Assembly: GCA_038062835.1 (NCBI GenBank)
Contig: JBBTWH010000005.1
Span: 20,699 to 84,698, forward strand
From: Patescibacteria group bacterium
Lineage (GTDB): Bacteria; Patescibacteriota; Patescibacteriia; SG8-24; DYFX01
Direction: 5' to 3'
DNA: 64,000 nt
The notes below the pieces were generated by a model that searched no databases, was not told the origin of the DNA, and saw nothing but the letters and a program-made list of their open reading frames with translations. Both the position numbers and the translations under genes were made by a program. Numbering within the stretch: the stretch's first letter is position 1; each line of letters begins with the position of its first letter. Shown in pieces: positions 9,281 to 18,697 of this stretch.

Positions 9281-10417
9281 ATGCCTAAAAATGGTCCCAA
9301 AACTTGGGTCGAGGTTTCGCGTTCGGCGCTTATCGCGAACGCCAAGGCGTTCAAGCGCCGCGTGAAGCCGGGCGTGGCCGTGATGGCCGTCGTGAAATCG
9401 AACGCCTATGGCCACGGCCTCGTCGAGGTCGCCAAGACCGTCCAGCCGCATCTGGACTGGTTCGGCGTCGATAACGTCGATGAAGGGTTAGTACTCAAGA
9501 AGGCCGGCATCAAGAAACCGATCCTCATCCTGGGCTTCACGCCCTCGTGGCGCATGAAGGACGCCGTCCGCGCGGGGCTCCGCATGGTCGTTTCGACCGT
9601 CGAGCAGGTGAAGGCCGCGCGTGCCGCCGCCAAAGGCAAGAAGGCGTATCTCCATGTGAAAGTCGAGACGGGCACCACGCGCCAAGGCACAGGCCTCCGC
9701 GAGCTTCCGGCCGTCGCCCAGGCCATCCGCGTCTCCAAACAGCTCGTATTCGAAGGGCTCTCGACGCACTACGCCAACATCGAGGACGCGACGGAACATT
9801 CGTATGCCGCCGGCCAGCTCGAGGCCTATCAGAACGCGCTCGACATCCTTGACGCGCACGGCATCATGCCGCCCGTGAAGCACACCGCCTGCACGGCGGC
9901 CGCGATGATGTATCCCGACACGCATTTCGACATGGTCCGCGTCGGCATCGGCCTCTACGGCATCTGGCCCTCGCTCGAGACCCGCGTCGAGACGGAAGCC
10001 AAAGGCATCGAGTTCGATCTCAAGCCCGCGCTGGCGTGGAAGACGCTCGTCGCGCAGGTGAAGGACGTGAAACGCGGCACGCCCATCAGCTACGGACTCA
10101 CGGAAAATATGCCGCGCGACGGCAAGATCGCGGTGATCGGTCTTGGCTACTGGGACGGCTTCGACCGCGGACTCTCGTCCGTCGGCGAGGTCTTGGTGCG
10201 CGGCCGCAAGGCGAAAGTCATGGGCCGCGTCTGCATGAACATGTGCATGATCGACGTCAGCGACATCCCTGGCGTGAAGGCCGAGGACGAAGTCATCCTG
10301 ATCGGTGCAAGCGGCAAGCTATCCGTCAGCGCCGACGACATGGCCAAGAAGCTCGGGACCATCGCGTACGAGGTCGTGACGCGCATCAATCCGCTCGCGC
10401 CGCGGGAACTCGTATGA
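9281..10417 (+). CDS. alr: Alanine racemase
   Basis: AVVKSNAYGHG (PLP lysine), VRVGIGLYG, GRVCMN, GTIAYE. Confidence 0.96.
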   Translation: MPKNGPKTWVEVSRSALIANAKAFKRRVKPGVAVMAVVKSNAYGHGLVEVAKTVQPHLDWFGVDNVDEGLVLKKAGIKKPILILGFTPSWRMKDAVRAGLRMVVSTVEQVKAARAAAKGKKAYLHVKVETGTTRQGTGLRELPAVAQAIRVSKQLVFEGLSTHYANIEDATEHSYAAGQLEAYQNALDILDAHGIMPPVKHTACTAAAMMYPDTHFDMVRVGIGLYGIWPSLETRVETEAKGIEFDLKPALAWKTLVAQVKDVKRGTPISYGLTENMPRDGKIAVIGLGYWDGFDRGLSSVGEVLVRGRKAKVMGRVCMNMCMIDVSDIPGVKAEDEVILIGASGKLSVSADDMAKKLGTIAYEVVTRINPLAPRELV

Positions 10418-11385
10418 AGCGCAAGCTCCGCGTCGGCGTCATGTTCGGGGGGCGCTCTTCGGAGCATGAGGTCTCCTTGATGTCGGCCAAGAACGTCATG
10501 GCCGCGATGGACCGCTCGCGTTACGTCATCGTGCCGTTCAAGATCCCCAAGGACGGCAAAGTCGCCTTCGACGGCCTGCGCAAGCTCGACGTCGTCTTTC
10601 CGGTCCTGCACGGCACCTACGGCGAGGACGGCAGCGTCCAGGGCCTGCTCCGCATGCTCGACGTGCCGTTCGTCGGCCCCGACATCACGGGGTCCTCCGT
10701 CGGCATGGATAAGGATGTCGCGAAACGCCTGCTGCGCGACGCTAAAATCCCCGTCGCTGACTTCCTGACGTTCGAGAGAGGGGAGTCCGTCCGTCCGTCC
10801 GCGGTCTGGAAGCGTCTCGGCAAGCCCGTCTTCGTTAAGCCCGCCAACCAAGGTTCATCCGTCGGCGTGCACAAGGCCCGGACCGATGCCGAGCTCAAAA
10901 CCGCCGTGAAGGACGCGTTCCGTTTTGATACCAAGATACTCGTCGAGGAAGCCGTGCCCGGCCGAGAGATCGAAGTCTCCGTCCTGGGCAACGAGACGCC
11001 CGAGGCTTCCGTGCCTGGCGAGGTCATCCCGCACCACGAGTTCTATTCCTATGAAGCCAAGTATCTCGACGAGGACGGGGCGGGTCTCGCCATTCCTGCG
11101 GACATCCCCGCCGCGGCGATGCGGAAAGTCCGCGCGCTGGCCGTCGCCACGTTCAGGACGCTCGGCCTCGAAGGCATGGCGCGCGTGGATTTCTTCATGC
11201 GCAGGAACGGGGGATTCGTCGTCAACGAAGTGAACACCATCCCGGGCTTCACCAGGATCAGCATGTACCCGAAGCTCTGGGCCGCCTCCGGGCTTCCGTA
11301 CCCGAAGCTCATCGACCGCCTGATCGCGCTGGCGCTGGAGCGCCACGCCCGACGTTCGCGCCTCTCCACGAAGCGCGCCGCCTGA
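10414..11385 (+). CDS. ddl: D-alanine--D-alanine ligase
   Basis: GGRSSEHEVS, LHGTYGEDG, GSSVG, FYSYEAKY, NEVNTIPGFT; start at ATG 10414. Confidence 0.96.
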   Translation: MKRKLRVGVMFGGRSSEHEVSLMSAKNVMAAMDRSRYVIVPFKIPKDGKVAFDGLRKLDVVFPVLHGTYGEDGSVQGLLRMLDVPFVGPDITGSSVGMDKDVAKRLLRDAKIPVADFLTFERGESVRPSAVWKRLGKPVFVKPANQGSSVGVHKARTDAELKTAVKDAFRFDTKILVEEAVPGREIEVSVLGNETPEASVPGEVIPHHEFYSYEAKYLDEDGAGLAIPADIPAAAMRKVRALAVATFRTLGLEGMARVDFFMRRNGGFVVNEVNTIPGFTRISMYPKLWAASGLPYPKLIDRLIALALERHARRSRLSTKRAA

Positions 11386-11386
11386 T

Positions 11387-12298
11387 ATGGCCTCCTGGCT
11401 CCGGTCAAGACGCGTCCGGCGCGATTATTCGCGCAAGGCATTCAGCAACCCGCTCTTCCGCCCGTCGCGCGAACGCGGCGGCAGCCGATGGCGCGGCCGC
11501 CTGACCGCGCTCGCCGTCGCGGCCGCCCTCGGCGGCTGGCTGTGGTTCATCGGATTTTCGCCGACCTTCCGCATCGACGAGATCGAGATCGCCGGCAACG
11601 AAAGCATTCCAGACTGGGAGGTCCGCGACGCGGTCACGGACGCCTTGAAGGCGCGCCGCTGGCTCATCATGCCGCAGACCAGCCTGCTCTTCGCCTCTGA
11701 AGACGGCATCGCGGCGGCGCTGAACGAGCGCTACGTCCTTGAATCGCTCACGGTCTCCAAGCACCCTCCGAGCAAGCTGAAGATCGAGCTCAGTGAGCGC
11801 GTCTCGGCCATCCTCCTGCAGATGCCCAACGGCCGCCAAGGCCTGGTGGACCTCCAGGGTACCGTGACCCGTCTCTACCGCCCCGAAGAGTCCTTGGAGG
11901 TCACGAAGAAGCTCGGGCCGTCGCTGAAGGAGGTGGGCGCGCCGAAGGTCCGATACCCCGTACTCTTTGACGAACGCGATGAGACGCTGGAACTGCGCGA
12001 AGAAGCGCTCAGCCCGAGCGTCGTACAGGCCGCTATCGATCTTCCCAAGCTCTTCGAGGAACGCTTCGGCCGCGCGCCGTACTTCGAGGAGGCGCGCATC
12101 GACGGCAAGGACGCGCTGACCATCCGCCTGCGTACCTCCGAGGGCTGGTCCATCTATCTCGACGCCTCCCAAGACCTCGGGGGACAGCTGATGAACGCCG
12201 AAGTCGTCCTCAAGACGAAAGTCGGCGCACAGCGCAAGTCCTTGGACTACATCGACGTGCGCTTCGGTGAAAAGGTCTTCTTCAAACTCCGCGGCTGA
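11387..12298 (+). CDS. ftsQ: FtsQ/DivIB-like cell division protein
   Basis: Single TM, POTRA-like FRIDEIEIAGN, C-terminal LDYIDVRF; follows ddl. Confidence 0.75.
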   Translation: MASWLRSRRVRRDYSRKAFSNPLFRPSRERGGSRWRGRLTALAVAAALGGWLWFIGFSPTFRIDEIEIAGNESIPDWEVRDAVTDALKARRWLIMPQTSLLFASEDGIAAALNERYVLESLTVSKHPPSKLKIELSERVSAILLQMPNGRQGLVDLQGTVTRLYRPEESLEVTKKLGPSLKEVGAPKVRYPVLFDERDETLELREEALSPSVVQAAIDLPKLFEERFGRAPYFEEARIDGKDALTIRLRTSEGWSIYLDASQDLGGQLMNAEVVLKTKVGAQRKSLDYIDVRFGEKVFFKLRG

Positions 12299-12368
12299 TC
12301 CGTCCAGTCCACACAATGTACGACACTCATGGTCCGGATCGTCCGGACCTTTCCGTTTTCCCGCCCAA

Positions 12369-12484
12369 GGCCCAGGTCCGCCATGACGAAGCGAGGACTG
12401 TCTGAGGCAGGCGAGCGCGTAATGATGCGCGAGCCGGTGCCGTAGGCAGCCGAGTTCCGCAGCGAGGAATGGCGGGCCTGGGCC
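12369..12484 (+). repeat. Hairpin element family A, copy 1
   Basis: 16-bp inverted arms (one G:T pair) around core GAGGACTGTCTGAGGCAGGCGAGCGCG...AGCCGAGTTCCGCAG shared with 17224-17365. Confidence 0.8.
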
Positions 12485-12494
12485 GCCCTCTATT

Positions 12495-12522
12495 GTGTCG
12501 CATAAGATACATTGTCAGACAC
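12495..12522. other. dif-like Xer recombination site (11-6-11)
   Basis: GTGTCGCATAA-GATACA-TTGTCAGACAC; left arm resembles the XerC arm of E. coli dif. Confidence 0.6.
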
Positions 12523-12673
12523 ATCTTAAGGCGAAATCCCTGACCTGCTCATACTCCCCTCCGGCTTGTTCGATTGGGCATTCCGATGTAGGATGGCGTG
12601 TCAGCGCGCGACGGACGGCGCATGCGTCGTCGAAAATGCCGCTGATGAAGAACCTTGAACGGAAGGATTTTGA

Positions 12674-13276
12674 ATGTCGGAATACGATGATGGCACTCCC
12701 CGACCGCCGAAGCGGTTCGAAGAGCGCGTGAACGGGGAGACGGCCAGTCGCACGGCCGCCCACGAGGCAGGGCACATCCTGACGGCTTGGCTCTCGTGGG
12801 CCGTGGCTTCCGTCGACGGCACGGTCTTCATCACGGGCGACGACGATACGAGGGTCGAGGTCAAAATGACCTACCGCCGTCCCTACCAGCCGATCCAGCT
12901 CTGGGAAGCTCTCGTGATCTCGAGCGCAGGCATGGCCGGAGAAGTCGTGACTCATCATGCCTTCAAGACCAGGAACGCCCGCGTCGACATCCAGAACATG
13001 CGTACGCAGATCGAACAGCTTACGAGGTGGTTCGGCACCGCGCTCAAGCCGCCTTGGCCGGAACCGACCGCACGCGACGCTCCGCCGTTCGAGACGTACT
13101 TCAAAGACAACCTGCCGGACGGATGGGGCGGGCTCATGCGTTCCGTCTATCGCCGCGCCAGGGACATCATCCTGTCCAATCGAGGGGCTTTCGAACGCCT
13201 GCGCACCGCCATGCTCGTGAAGATCGAGCTGACGACTGCCGAGATCGAAGCCGCTCTCCGGATGCCGAAGGCCTGA
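12674..13276 (+). CDS. Stand-alone FtsH/M41-like zinc peptidase domain protein
   Basis: TAAHEAGH (HExxH), AGMAGE, ARDII...L.....LT..EI helices typical of the FtsH protease domain. Confidence 0.65.
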   Translation: MSEYDDGTPRPPKRFEERVNGETASRTAAHEAGHILTAWLSWAVASVDGTVFITGDDDTRVEVKMTYRRPYQPIQLWEALVISSAGMAGEVVTHHAFKTRNARVDIQNMRTQIEQLTRWFGTALKPPWPEPTARDAPPFETYFKDNLPDGWGGLMRSVYRRARDIILSNRGAFERLRTAMLVKIELTTAEIEAALRMPKA

Positions 13277-13277
13277 C

Positions 13278-13823
13278 ATGCTCATCGATGACTTCGCGAA
13301 CGTCGTCGTGGTGATCGCCCACGAGGCCGGCCACGCGGTGACGGCCTGGGCCTCGCCCATGATCTCGCCTCCGATGGCCATCCGCTTCTTCCCCCTCTAC
13401 GGAGGGGCCGAATGCGAAGTCGTATCCCTGCCTGAACCGAACTCAACGACCGACTGTCTCGAGTTCGCCAGCCTGTTCCTCGGCGGCATCGCCGGCGAGA
13501 CCGCGGTCTTCGGCGGCTTCAACCGGCTGGCCGGTAATGACCTGTCCCTCGCTCTCGCGATGGCCGTCTGGGTGCGGAAGCTGCGCGGCGCGCCGAAGCG
13601 CCGCGCTCGACGCACGTACTTCCTCTCAAAGATCCATCCTTCCATCAGCCGCGAACTGCACGGATTCCTCGACCAATCCTACGACCTGGCCGTCAGCCGC
13701 GTCACGGCCCATAAGGCCGCCCATGACGAACTGAGGAACCTGCTCGCGCGCGGGTACGCCTCAGGAAAGATCGAATGGAAGGAGGCGGAACTCGCCGCCT
13801 GCCTCGGACCGAAACCTCCATGA
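13278..13823 (+). CDS. Stand-alone FtsH/M41-like zinc peptidase domain protein (paralog)
   Basis: IAHEAGHAV, LGGIAGE, AGNDL. Confidence 0.68.
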   Translation: MLIDDFANVVVVIAHEAGHAVTAWASPMISPPMAIRFFPLYGGAECEVVSLPEPNSTTDCLEFASLFLGGIAGETAVFGGFNRLAGNDLSLALAMAVWVRKLRGAPKRRARRTYFLSKIHPSISRELHGFLDQSYDLAVSRVTAHKAAHDELRNLLARGYASGKIEWKEAELAACLGPKPP

Positions 13824-13882
13824 ATCCCCTCCTCGCGGGGATTTTTTCGCACGCACGAAAAAAACCGCCTACCAGGAGGCGG
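13823..13882. terminator. Pair of intrinsic terminators between convergent genes
   Basis: AATCCCC/GGGGATT+T-run; A-run+CCGCCT/AGGCGG. Confidence 0.65.
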
Positions 13883-13964
13883 CTCCTCGGACGTAGTCCG
13901 AGACGATGCCAGCGCGGCGACGCAAGGGGCACTGATGGAACACCGCGTGAAAAAGGTCAAGGTC

Positions 13965-14342
13965 TCAGCGAAGGACAAGGGCCGTCAGGATGGCCAACAG
14001 GGCGAGCGTGAAGATCAGCTGCGGGTGGCGGTGCGGGTTCTGCAGCGTGTCCTTCACCCGGCGGGACGGCAGGAGTTGGTCGTACCGCTTCCGGCAGGCG
14101 CTGCACTTCAGGCGCCTCCCATAGCCGGCCTCGTGCGCGACGGTGAATCCTCCGTTCGGACGGATCTTGCACGGCGGACACCAGATGAGATACGTCGGAA
14201 TGGCGCCGGTCCAATCAGGACGCTGTAGGTTCCCCAGGAAAATGGGGCGCCCACGCGGAGCGGCCCGGGCTTCGGCACCATGCGCCGCGATGAACTCTTC
14301 GTCGGTCCAAAGATCTCGGGGTTTCTGGACTTCTATCGTCAT
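13965..14342 (-). CDS. Hypothetical zinc-ribbon protein with C-terminal TM anchor
   Basis: CPPC...CSAC pairs and hydrophobic C-terminus. Confidence 0.6.
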   Translation of the reverse strand: MTIEVQKPRDLWTDEEFIAAHGAEARAAPRGRPIFLGNLQRPDWTGAIPTYLIWCPPCKIRPNGGFTVAHEAGYGRRLKCSACRKRYDQLLPSRRVKDTLQNPHRHPQLIFTLALLAILTALVLR

Positions 14343-14399
14343 CGATGGCCTCCGTCCGGACTATCGCAAAAGCCCGCGCTTCTAGCAAGAGCGCGGGCC

Positions 14400-15689
14400 T
14401 TACAACGACAAGTAATTGAGAGGGTTGACCGGAATGCCGCCGACGCGGAATTCCAGGTGAAGGTGGGCGCCGGTCGTCAGATTGCCGGCGCCGGGCGTGC
14501 CCGGAGCGCCGCCGGAGTAAGCTATGACGTCGCCTTTCTCGACGTAGGTATCCTCCGCTACGACGATACGCGAGACATGGCCGTAAACCGTCGAGATGTC
14601 ACCGTCGTGGATCAGCATGACGTAGCTGTAGCCCATGCCGGCGTTCTTGGCGCGGGCGACGTAGCCGCCCTTAGGCGCGCGGATGGCGGTCCCCTGCGCG
14701 GCCCGAACGTCGATGGCGGGGTGCTCGAAGACGTGGCGGAACGGGTAGTCGGGGTCGTGGAAATACGCGGTGATGCCACGCGACGGATCGACCGGCCAGC
14801 CCCAGCCGCCGCTGCCGCCGGAGAGCTTCCGCAAGCGATCTTCGTCGAGCGTCTTGCGGAGCCGCCGCTCCGTCGCCGCGATGTCGGCGTTGATGTTCTG
14901 GACCTCCTTCTGCAGTTGCGCCAGTTCGTAGCGGTAGCGCGTCTCCGAAGAACGGATCTGATCGGAAAGCACGGTTTGGGCGACCTTCTGCTCGCCGAGC
15001 TGGGACTTCGCGGCGTCGAGCTGTTTCCCGATTTCCTCGAGGTGCGACTTCTTGAGCGCCTCTTCGCGCTCGCGCTTCTCCAGGTCGGCCTTGAGCGCGG
15101 CGACCGTATCGAGCGCCTTCTTCAGCTCGCGCTGTGAATCCTCCAAGAACTGCACGTCGTTGAAGAAATCGGAAAGCGTCTTCTGCGTGAGGAAGAGGTC
15201 GATGGCCGTGCGCTGATCCGTCTTGTGCAAGGCGCGGATGAATTCGCCGATGAGGCCGCGCTGGCGCATCATCTTGAGCGACTTCTCCTGGATCTTGGAG
15301 GTGAGTTCGCTGATCTCGAGTCCGGTCGCTTCGATCTCCAGCTCGTTGGCGGATATGTCGAGTTCCGTCTTGGCGATGCGGTTCTGGACGATGGCCAGCT
15401 CGTTCTGCACGCTGACCGCTTCCTTGCGCTTCGTCTCGATGGCGCGCTGGTATGCCTCCATCTGCGCCTTGATCTGCGTGATCTCGCCCTTCTTCTTGCC
15501 GATCTGGTCGTTGAGCTGGTCGATGACTTTCTTCAGGTCGTCCGAGTCTTCGAGCTCGGCCGCATCGGCCGACGACTCCGCTCCCTGCGCGACCGCGAAA
15601 GGAGGCATCGCCGCCGAGAACGCGAAAACCGCCGCCAGCACGGCGGCCAGCGCCGGTTCGAATATCCTCCTTTTGGCGCGTTCAGGCAT
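14400..15689 (-). CDS. Secreted coiled-coil M23 peptidase (EnvC/CwlO-like murein hydrolase)
   Basis: Signal peptide, long coiled coil, HPAID (HxxxD), YGH, HLHLE (HxH). Confidence 0.9.
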   Translation of the reverse strand: MPERAKRRIFEPALAAVLAAVFAFSAAMPPFAVAQGAESSADAAELEDSDDLKKVIDQLNDQIGKKKGEITQIKAQMEAYQRAIETKRKEAVSVQNELAIVQNRIAKTELDISANELEIEATGLEISELTSKIQEKSLKMMRQRGLIGEFIRALHKTDQRTAIDLFLTQKTLSDFFNDVQFLEDSQRELKKALDTVAALKADLEKREREEALKKSHLEEIGKQLDAAKSQLGEQKVAQTVLSDQIRSSETRYRYELAQLQKEVQNINADIAATERRLRKTLDEDRLRKLSGGSGGWGWPVDPSRGITAYFHDPDYPFRHVFEHPAIDVRAAQGTAIRAPKGGYVARAKNAGMGYSYVMLIHDGDISTVYGHVSRIVVAEDTYVEKGDVIAYSGGAPGTPGAGNLTTGAHLHLEFRVGGIPVNPLNYLSL

Positions 15690-17205
15690 TCAGTCGGTTC
15701 TTCGCCGCTTCAAGGCGGCGTATCACCTTCATTTTACCCAAAACGGACATGATTTCAAAGGGGCCAGGAGATTTCTCGCGCCCTGAGAGGGCGACGCGGA
15801 GCGGCCAGAGGGTGTCGCCATTGCCCCAGCCGTTGCCTGTGATGAGCGATTTGACGCGCTCCTCGGCGTCTTTCGGCGTGAAATCCGCCTCGTCCATCGC
15901 GCCGACGACCTCGAGCAGCGCATCGAGACGAGCCAGGGCTTCGCCGATGGGCTGGCCCTTCCAGCGCAGGCTTTCGGCCGGATATTCCAGGACGTCTTCC
16001 AGCAGGAAGGAAACCGCTTCCGGAAGCTCCGCGAGCGTCTTCACGCGCTCGCGCTCGAGCGAGACGATCCTGCCGATGTCTTCGATGGTCAGTTTCTCCC
16101 CTCCCCGAGCGACGCGCCAACCGTCGGATTCCTTGGTGACGAGTCCGGCGCGCTCAAGGAACGGCGCGGCGCGTTCGGCCAGGCGCTCGATCGGCATCAT
16201 CCTGAGATACTTGCCGTTCAGCCAATCGAGCTTCTCGCGGTTGAAGACGGCTCCGGCGGAGTTGATGTCTTTCAGCTCGAAAGCGTCGATAAGCTCACGC
16301 AGTTCGTAGATCTCCTTCTCGTCGGACGGGTTCCAGCCGAGCAGGGCGACGAAATTGATCAGCGCTTCCGGCAGGTATCCGTTCGCGAGATAGTCTTCTA
16401 CGGCGACGTCGCCCTGGCGCTTCGAAAGCTTGGAGCGGTCGGGGTTCAGGAGCAGAGGCATGTGCGCGAACTGCGGCGGCGTCCAGCCGAACGCCTTATA
16501 GAGCAGGAGGTGCTTCGGAGTGGAAGAAAGCCACTCTTCTCCGCGGATGACGTGCGTCGTCTCCATCATGTGATCGTCGATGACGTTCGCGAGATGGTAC
16601 GTCGGATAACCGTCGCCCTTGAGGAGCACGTAGTCGTCGAGCAGGTCATGGCGGAACTTCACCGGCCCGCGCACGGCGTCGTGGAACTCCGTCTCTCCTT
16701 CATCCGGCATCTTGGCGCGGACGACATGGCGCTCGCCGGAGATGATGCGCGACCTCGTCTCATCCGCGGAAAGCGTCCGGCAGCGGCGGTCGTAGCCGGT
16801 CGGCTTCTTCATGGCCTCCTGCTCGGTTCGAAGCGCGTCCAAGCGCTCCGGCGTGCAGAAGCACGGATACGCGTCGCCGTTCTCCAGCAGCTGCTCGATC
16901 CTGGCGCGGTAGATTTCGAGACGCTCGGACTGCACGTACGGGCCCATGGAGCCGCGCTGGACCACGCTGCCGTCCTCGTTCAGGAACGGTCCTTCCTCGT
17001 AGGAGATGCCCATCGAGGCCAGGGTTCGGAGGATGTTCTCGACGCCGTTATCGACCAGGCGGGAGCGATCGGTATCCTCGATGCGTACGAAAAACACGCC
17101 CCCGTGCTTACGAGCGAAGAGGTAGTTATAGAGAGCCGAACGGAAGTTGCCGATGTGCATCCTCCCTGTCGGGCTGGGGGCGAATCGTACGCGTACGCTG
17201 TCCAT
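15682..17205 (-). CDS. gltX: Glutamyl-tRNA synthetase
   Basis: RFAPSPTG, HIGN, RGEEW, KLSKRQGD. Confidence 0.98.
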   Translation of the reverse strand: MDSVRVRFAPSPTGRMHIGNFRSALYNYLFARKHGGVFFVRIEDTDRSRLVDNGVENILRTLASMGISYEEGPFLNEDGSVVQRGSMGPYVQSERLEIYRARIEQLLENGDAYPCFCTPERLDALRTEQEAMKKPTGYDRRCRTLSADETRSRIISGERHVVRAKMPDEGETEFHDAVRGPVKFRHDLLDDYVLLKGDGYPTYHLANVIDDHMMETTHVIRGEEWLSSTPKHLLLYKAFGWTPPQFAHMPLLLNPDRSKLSKRQGDVAVEDYLANGYLPEALINFVALLGWNPSDEKEIYELRELIDAFELKDINSAGAVFNREKLDWLNGKYLRMMPIERLAERAAPFLERAGLVTKESDGWRVARGGEKLTIEDIGRIVSLERERVKTLAELPEAVSFLLEDVLEYPAESLRWKGQPIGEALARLDALLEVVGAMDEADFTPKDAEERVKSLITGNGWGNGDTLWPLRVALSGREKSPGPFEIMSVLGKMKVIRRLEAAKNRLNA

Positions 17206-17223
17206 ATCCACTCCACTCTTTAT

Positions 17224-17365
17224 AGCGTAAATAGGTCCGAGGATTTCGCGAAACGAGGACTATCTGAGGCAGGCGAGCGCGCGCTGATGCGCGAGCCGGT
17301 TCCCCGGCGAAGGCCGGGGAAGCCGAGTTCCGCAGTGAGCGAAAGACTCGGACCTATTTTACGCT
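17224..17365 (+). repeat. Hairpin element family A, copy 2
   Basis: 18/19-nt inverted arms; same core as 12369-12484 with a longer internal hairpin. Confidence 0.8.
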
Positions 17366-18115
17366 TTTCACCCTTTTCTTCAAGACCATGGCCAGGAACA
17401 CGAATGTCGCCTCAAATATGCGGAAAAAACGCCATGGTTCTATGACGAGCCGCCAGAGCCACTCGAGATGCAGGCGGCGCAGGATGAGGGGGGCGCGCCA
17501 GACATGGCCAGCCAGGAAGTCGAGGGTACCGCCGATGCCCATCGCGACCTTCACGGACGGTAGTTTCGGCAGATGGTCGCGGATCCAACGCTCCTGCTTG
17601 CCGTGTCCGAGCGCCACCAGAAGGATGTCCGGCTTGGCGACGTCGATGCGCGTGGCAAGGTCGGGCGCCTCTTGCCACGCGCCGGCGATCCAGCGAATCG
17701 AACCGCCCTGCTCCGCTCCCGCTATTTTCAATTTCGGAAAGTTCAGCGTCAGATTCCTGGCGGCTTCTTCGGCTATTCCCCTCCCCGCTCCGAGCAGATA
17801 GACCGAACAACCTTTTTGTTCGGCGAGACGCGCCAAACGCAAGGTGAATTCCGCGCCCGTCACCGTCGCCGGAACGCGCTTTCCTTCGATGACAGCCGCG
17901 ATGCGAAGTCCGAATCCGTCCGCGAGCGCCAGGTCCGAAGCTTCAAGGATCTTGCGGAATCCTGGGTCGCGATCGGCAAGGACGGACATCTCCGGATTCG
18001 GCGTGACGACGAGGTGCTGGCAGCCATCGCCAAGAAAACCCTCGGCCCGGACTTCGGCTTCCTCAATCGTGACGGGATCGACCGGAACTCCGGCGATCGA
18101 AATACGCTCCCTCAT
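17354..18115 (-). CDS. WecB/TagA/CpsF family glycosyltransferase (GT26)
   Basis: VTPNPE, ADG, LVALGHGKQERWI, GIGGTLDF, LEWLWRL. Confidence 0.93.
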   Translation of the reverse strand: MRERISIAGVPVDPVTIEEAEVRAEGFLGDGCQHLVVTPNPEMSVLADRDPGFRKILEASDLALADGFGLRIAAVIEGKRVPATVTGAEFTLRLARLAEQKGCSVYLLGAGRGIAEEAARNLTLNFPKLKIAGAEQGGSIRWIAGAWQEAPDLATRIDVAKPDILLVALGHGKQERWIRDHLPKLPSVKVAMGIGGTLDFLAGHVWRAPLILRRLHLEWLWRLVIEPWRFFRIFEATFVFLAMVLKKRVKSVK

Positions 18116-18183
18116 ATCATCATCTTGCCTTGAACGCCGCGTACGGGCAAGATGGAGACATATAACGTCTTATTCATCTCGTT

Positions 18184-18684
18184 ATGCGTATGCGCTTGTC
18201 CGCGTTCGGCCCCATGCTCCTCGCCGCTTTGATTACCATCGGTGCAGGCTGTGCCGCCACCGAACCCACCCCTGTCGAACAAGGCATGCCCGTGCCCGGA
18301 ACGCAGACGCCTGAAACGGAAGCGAACGGTTCCGCCGCTGGAACCCAACTGGAAGGCACGCCGGCGGAAAATGACGCGCCGGAAGCGCCCATCGACCTCG
18401 AAGCGGCTTCCGTAAAGACCTTCATCGTGACCGGCAGCAGCTTCTCGTTCGACGTGAAGGAGATGAGGGTGAAGAAGGGCGACAAGGTCCGAATCGTCTT
18501 CAAGAACGCCGAAGGCTTCCATGACTGGGTCGTGGACGAGTTCAACGCCCGCAGCGCCAAGCTTCAGGCCGGCGGCACGGAAACCGTCGAATTCACCGCC
18601 GACAAGTCCGGCACCTTCGAATACTACTGCTCCGTCGGACAGCATCGCGCCAACGGCATGAAGGGAAACCTGATCGTCGAATAA
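18184..18684 (+). CDS. Cupredoxin (type-1 copper) lipoprotein-like protein
   Basis: GAGC lipobox-like signal, low-complexity linker, His + YYCSVGQHRANGM (Cys-His-Met ligands). Confidence 0.88.
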   Translation: MRMRLSAFGPMLLAALITIGAGCAATEPTPVEQGMPVPGTQTPETEANGSAAGTQLEGTPAENDAPEAPIDLEAASVKTFIVTGSSFSFDVKEMRVKKGDKVRIVFKNAEGFHDWVVDEFNARSAKLQAGGTETVEFTADKSGTFEYYCSVGQHRANGMKGNLIVE

Positions 18685-18697
18685 GAAAAAGCGCGGC

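Noticed and set aside
10036-10413. Long N-terminal extensions given by the ORF track (ddl, htrA, GT4, REase, epimerase, VOC)
   Set aside because: They overlap upstream genes; family similarity begins at downstream ATGs, which were used instead
14116-14140. VAHEAGY in the zinc-ribbon ORF resembling the neighbours' AHEAGH
   Set aside because: Second His missing and the motif sits between CxxC pairs; likely coincidence
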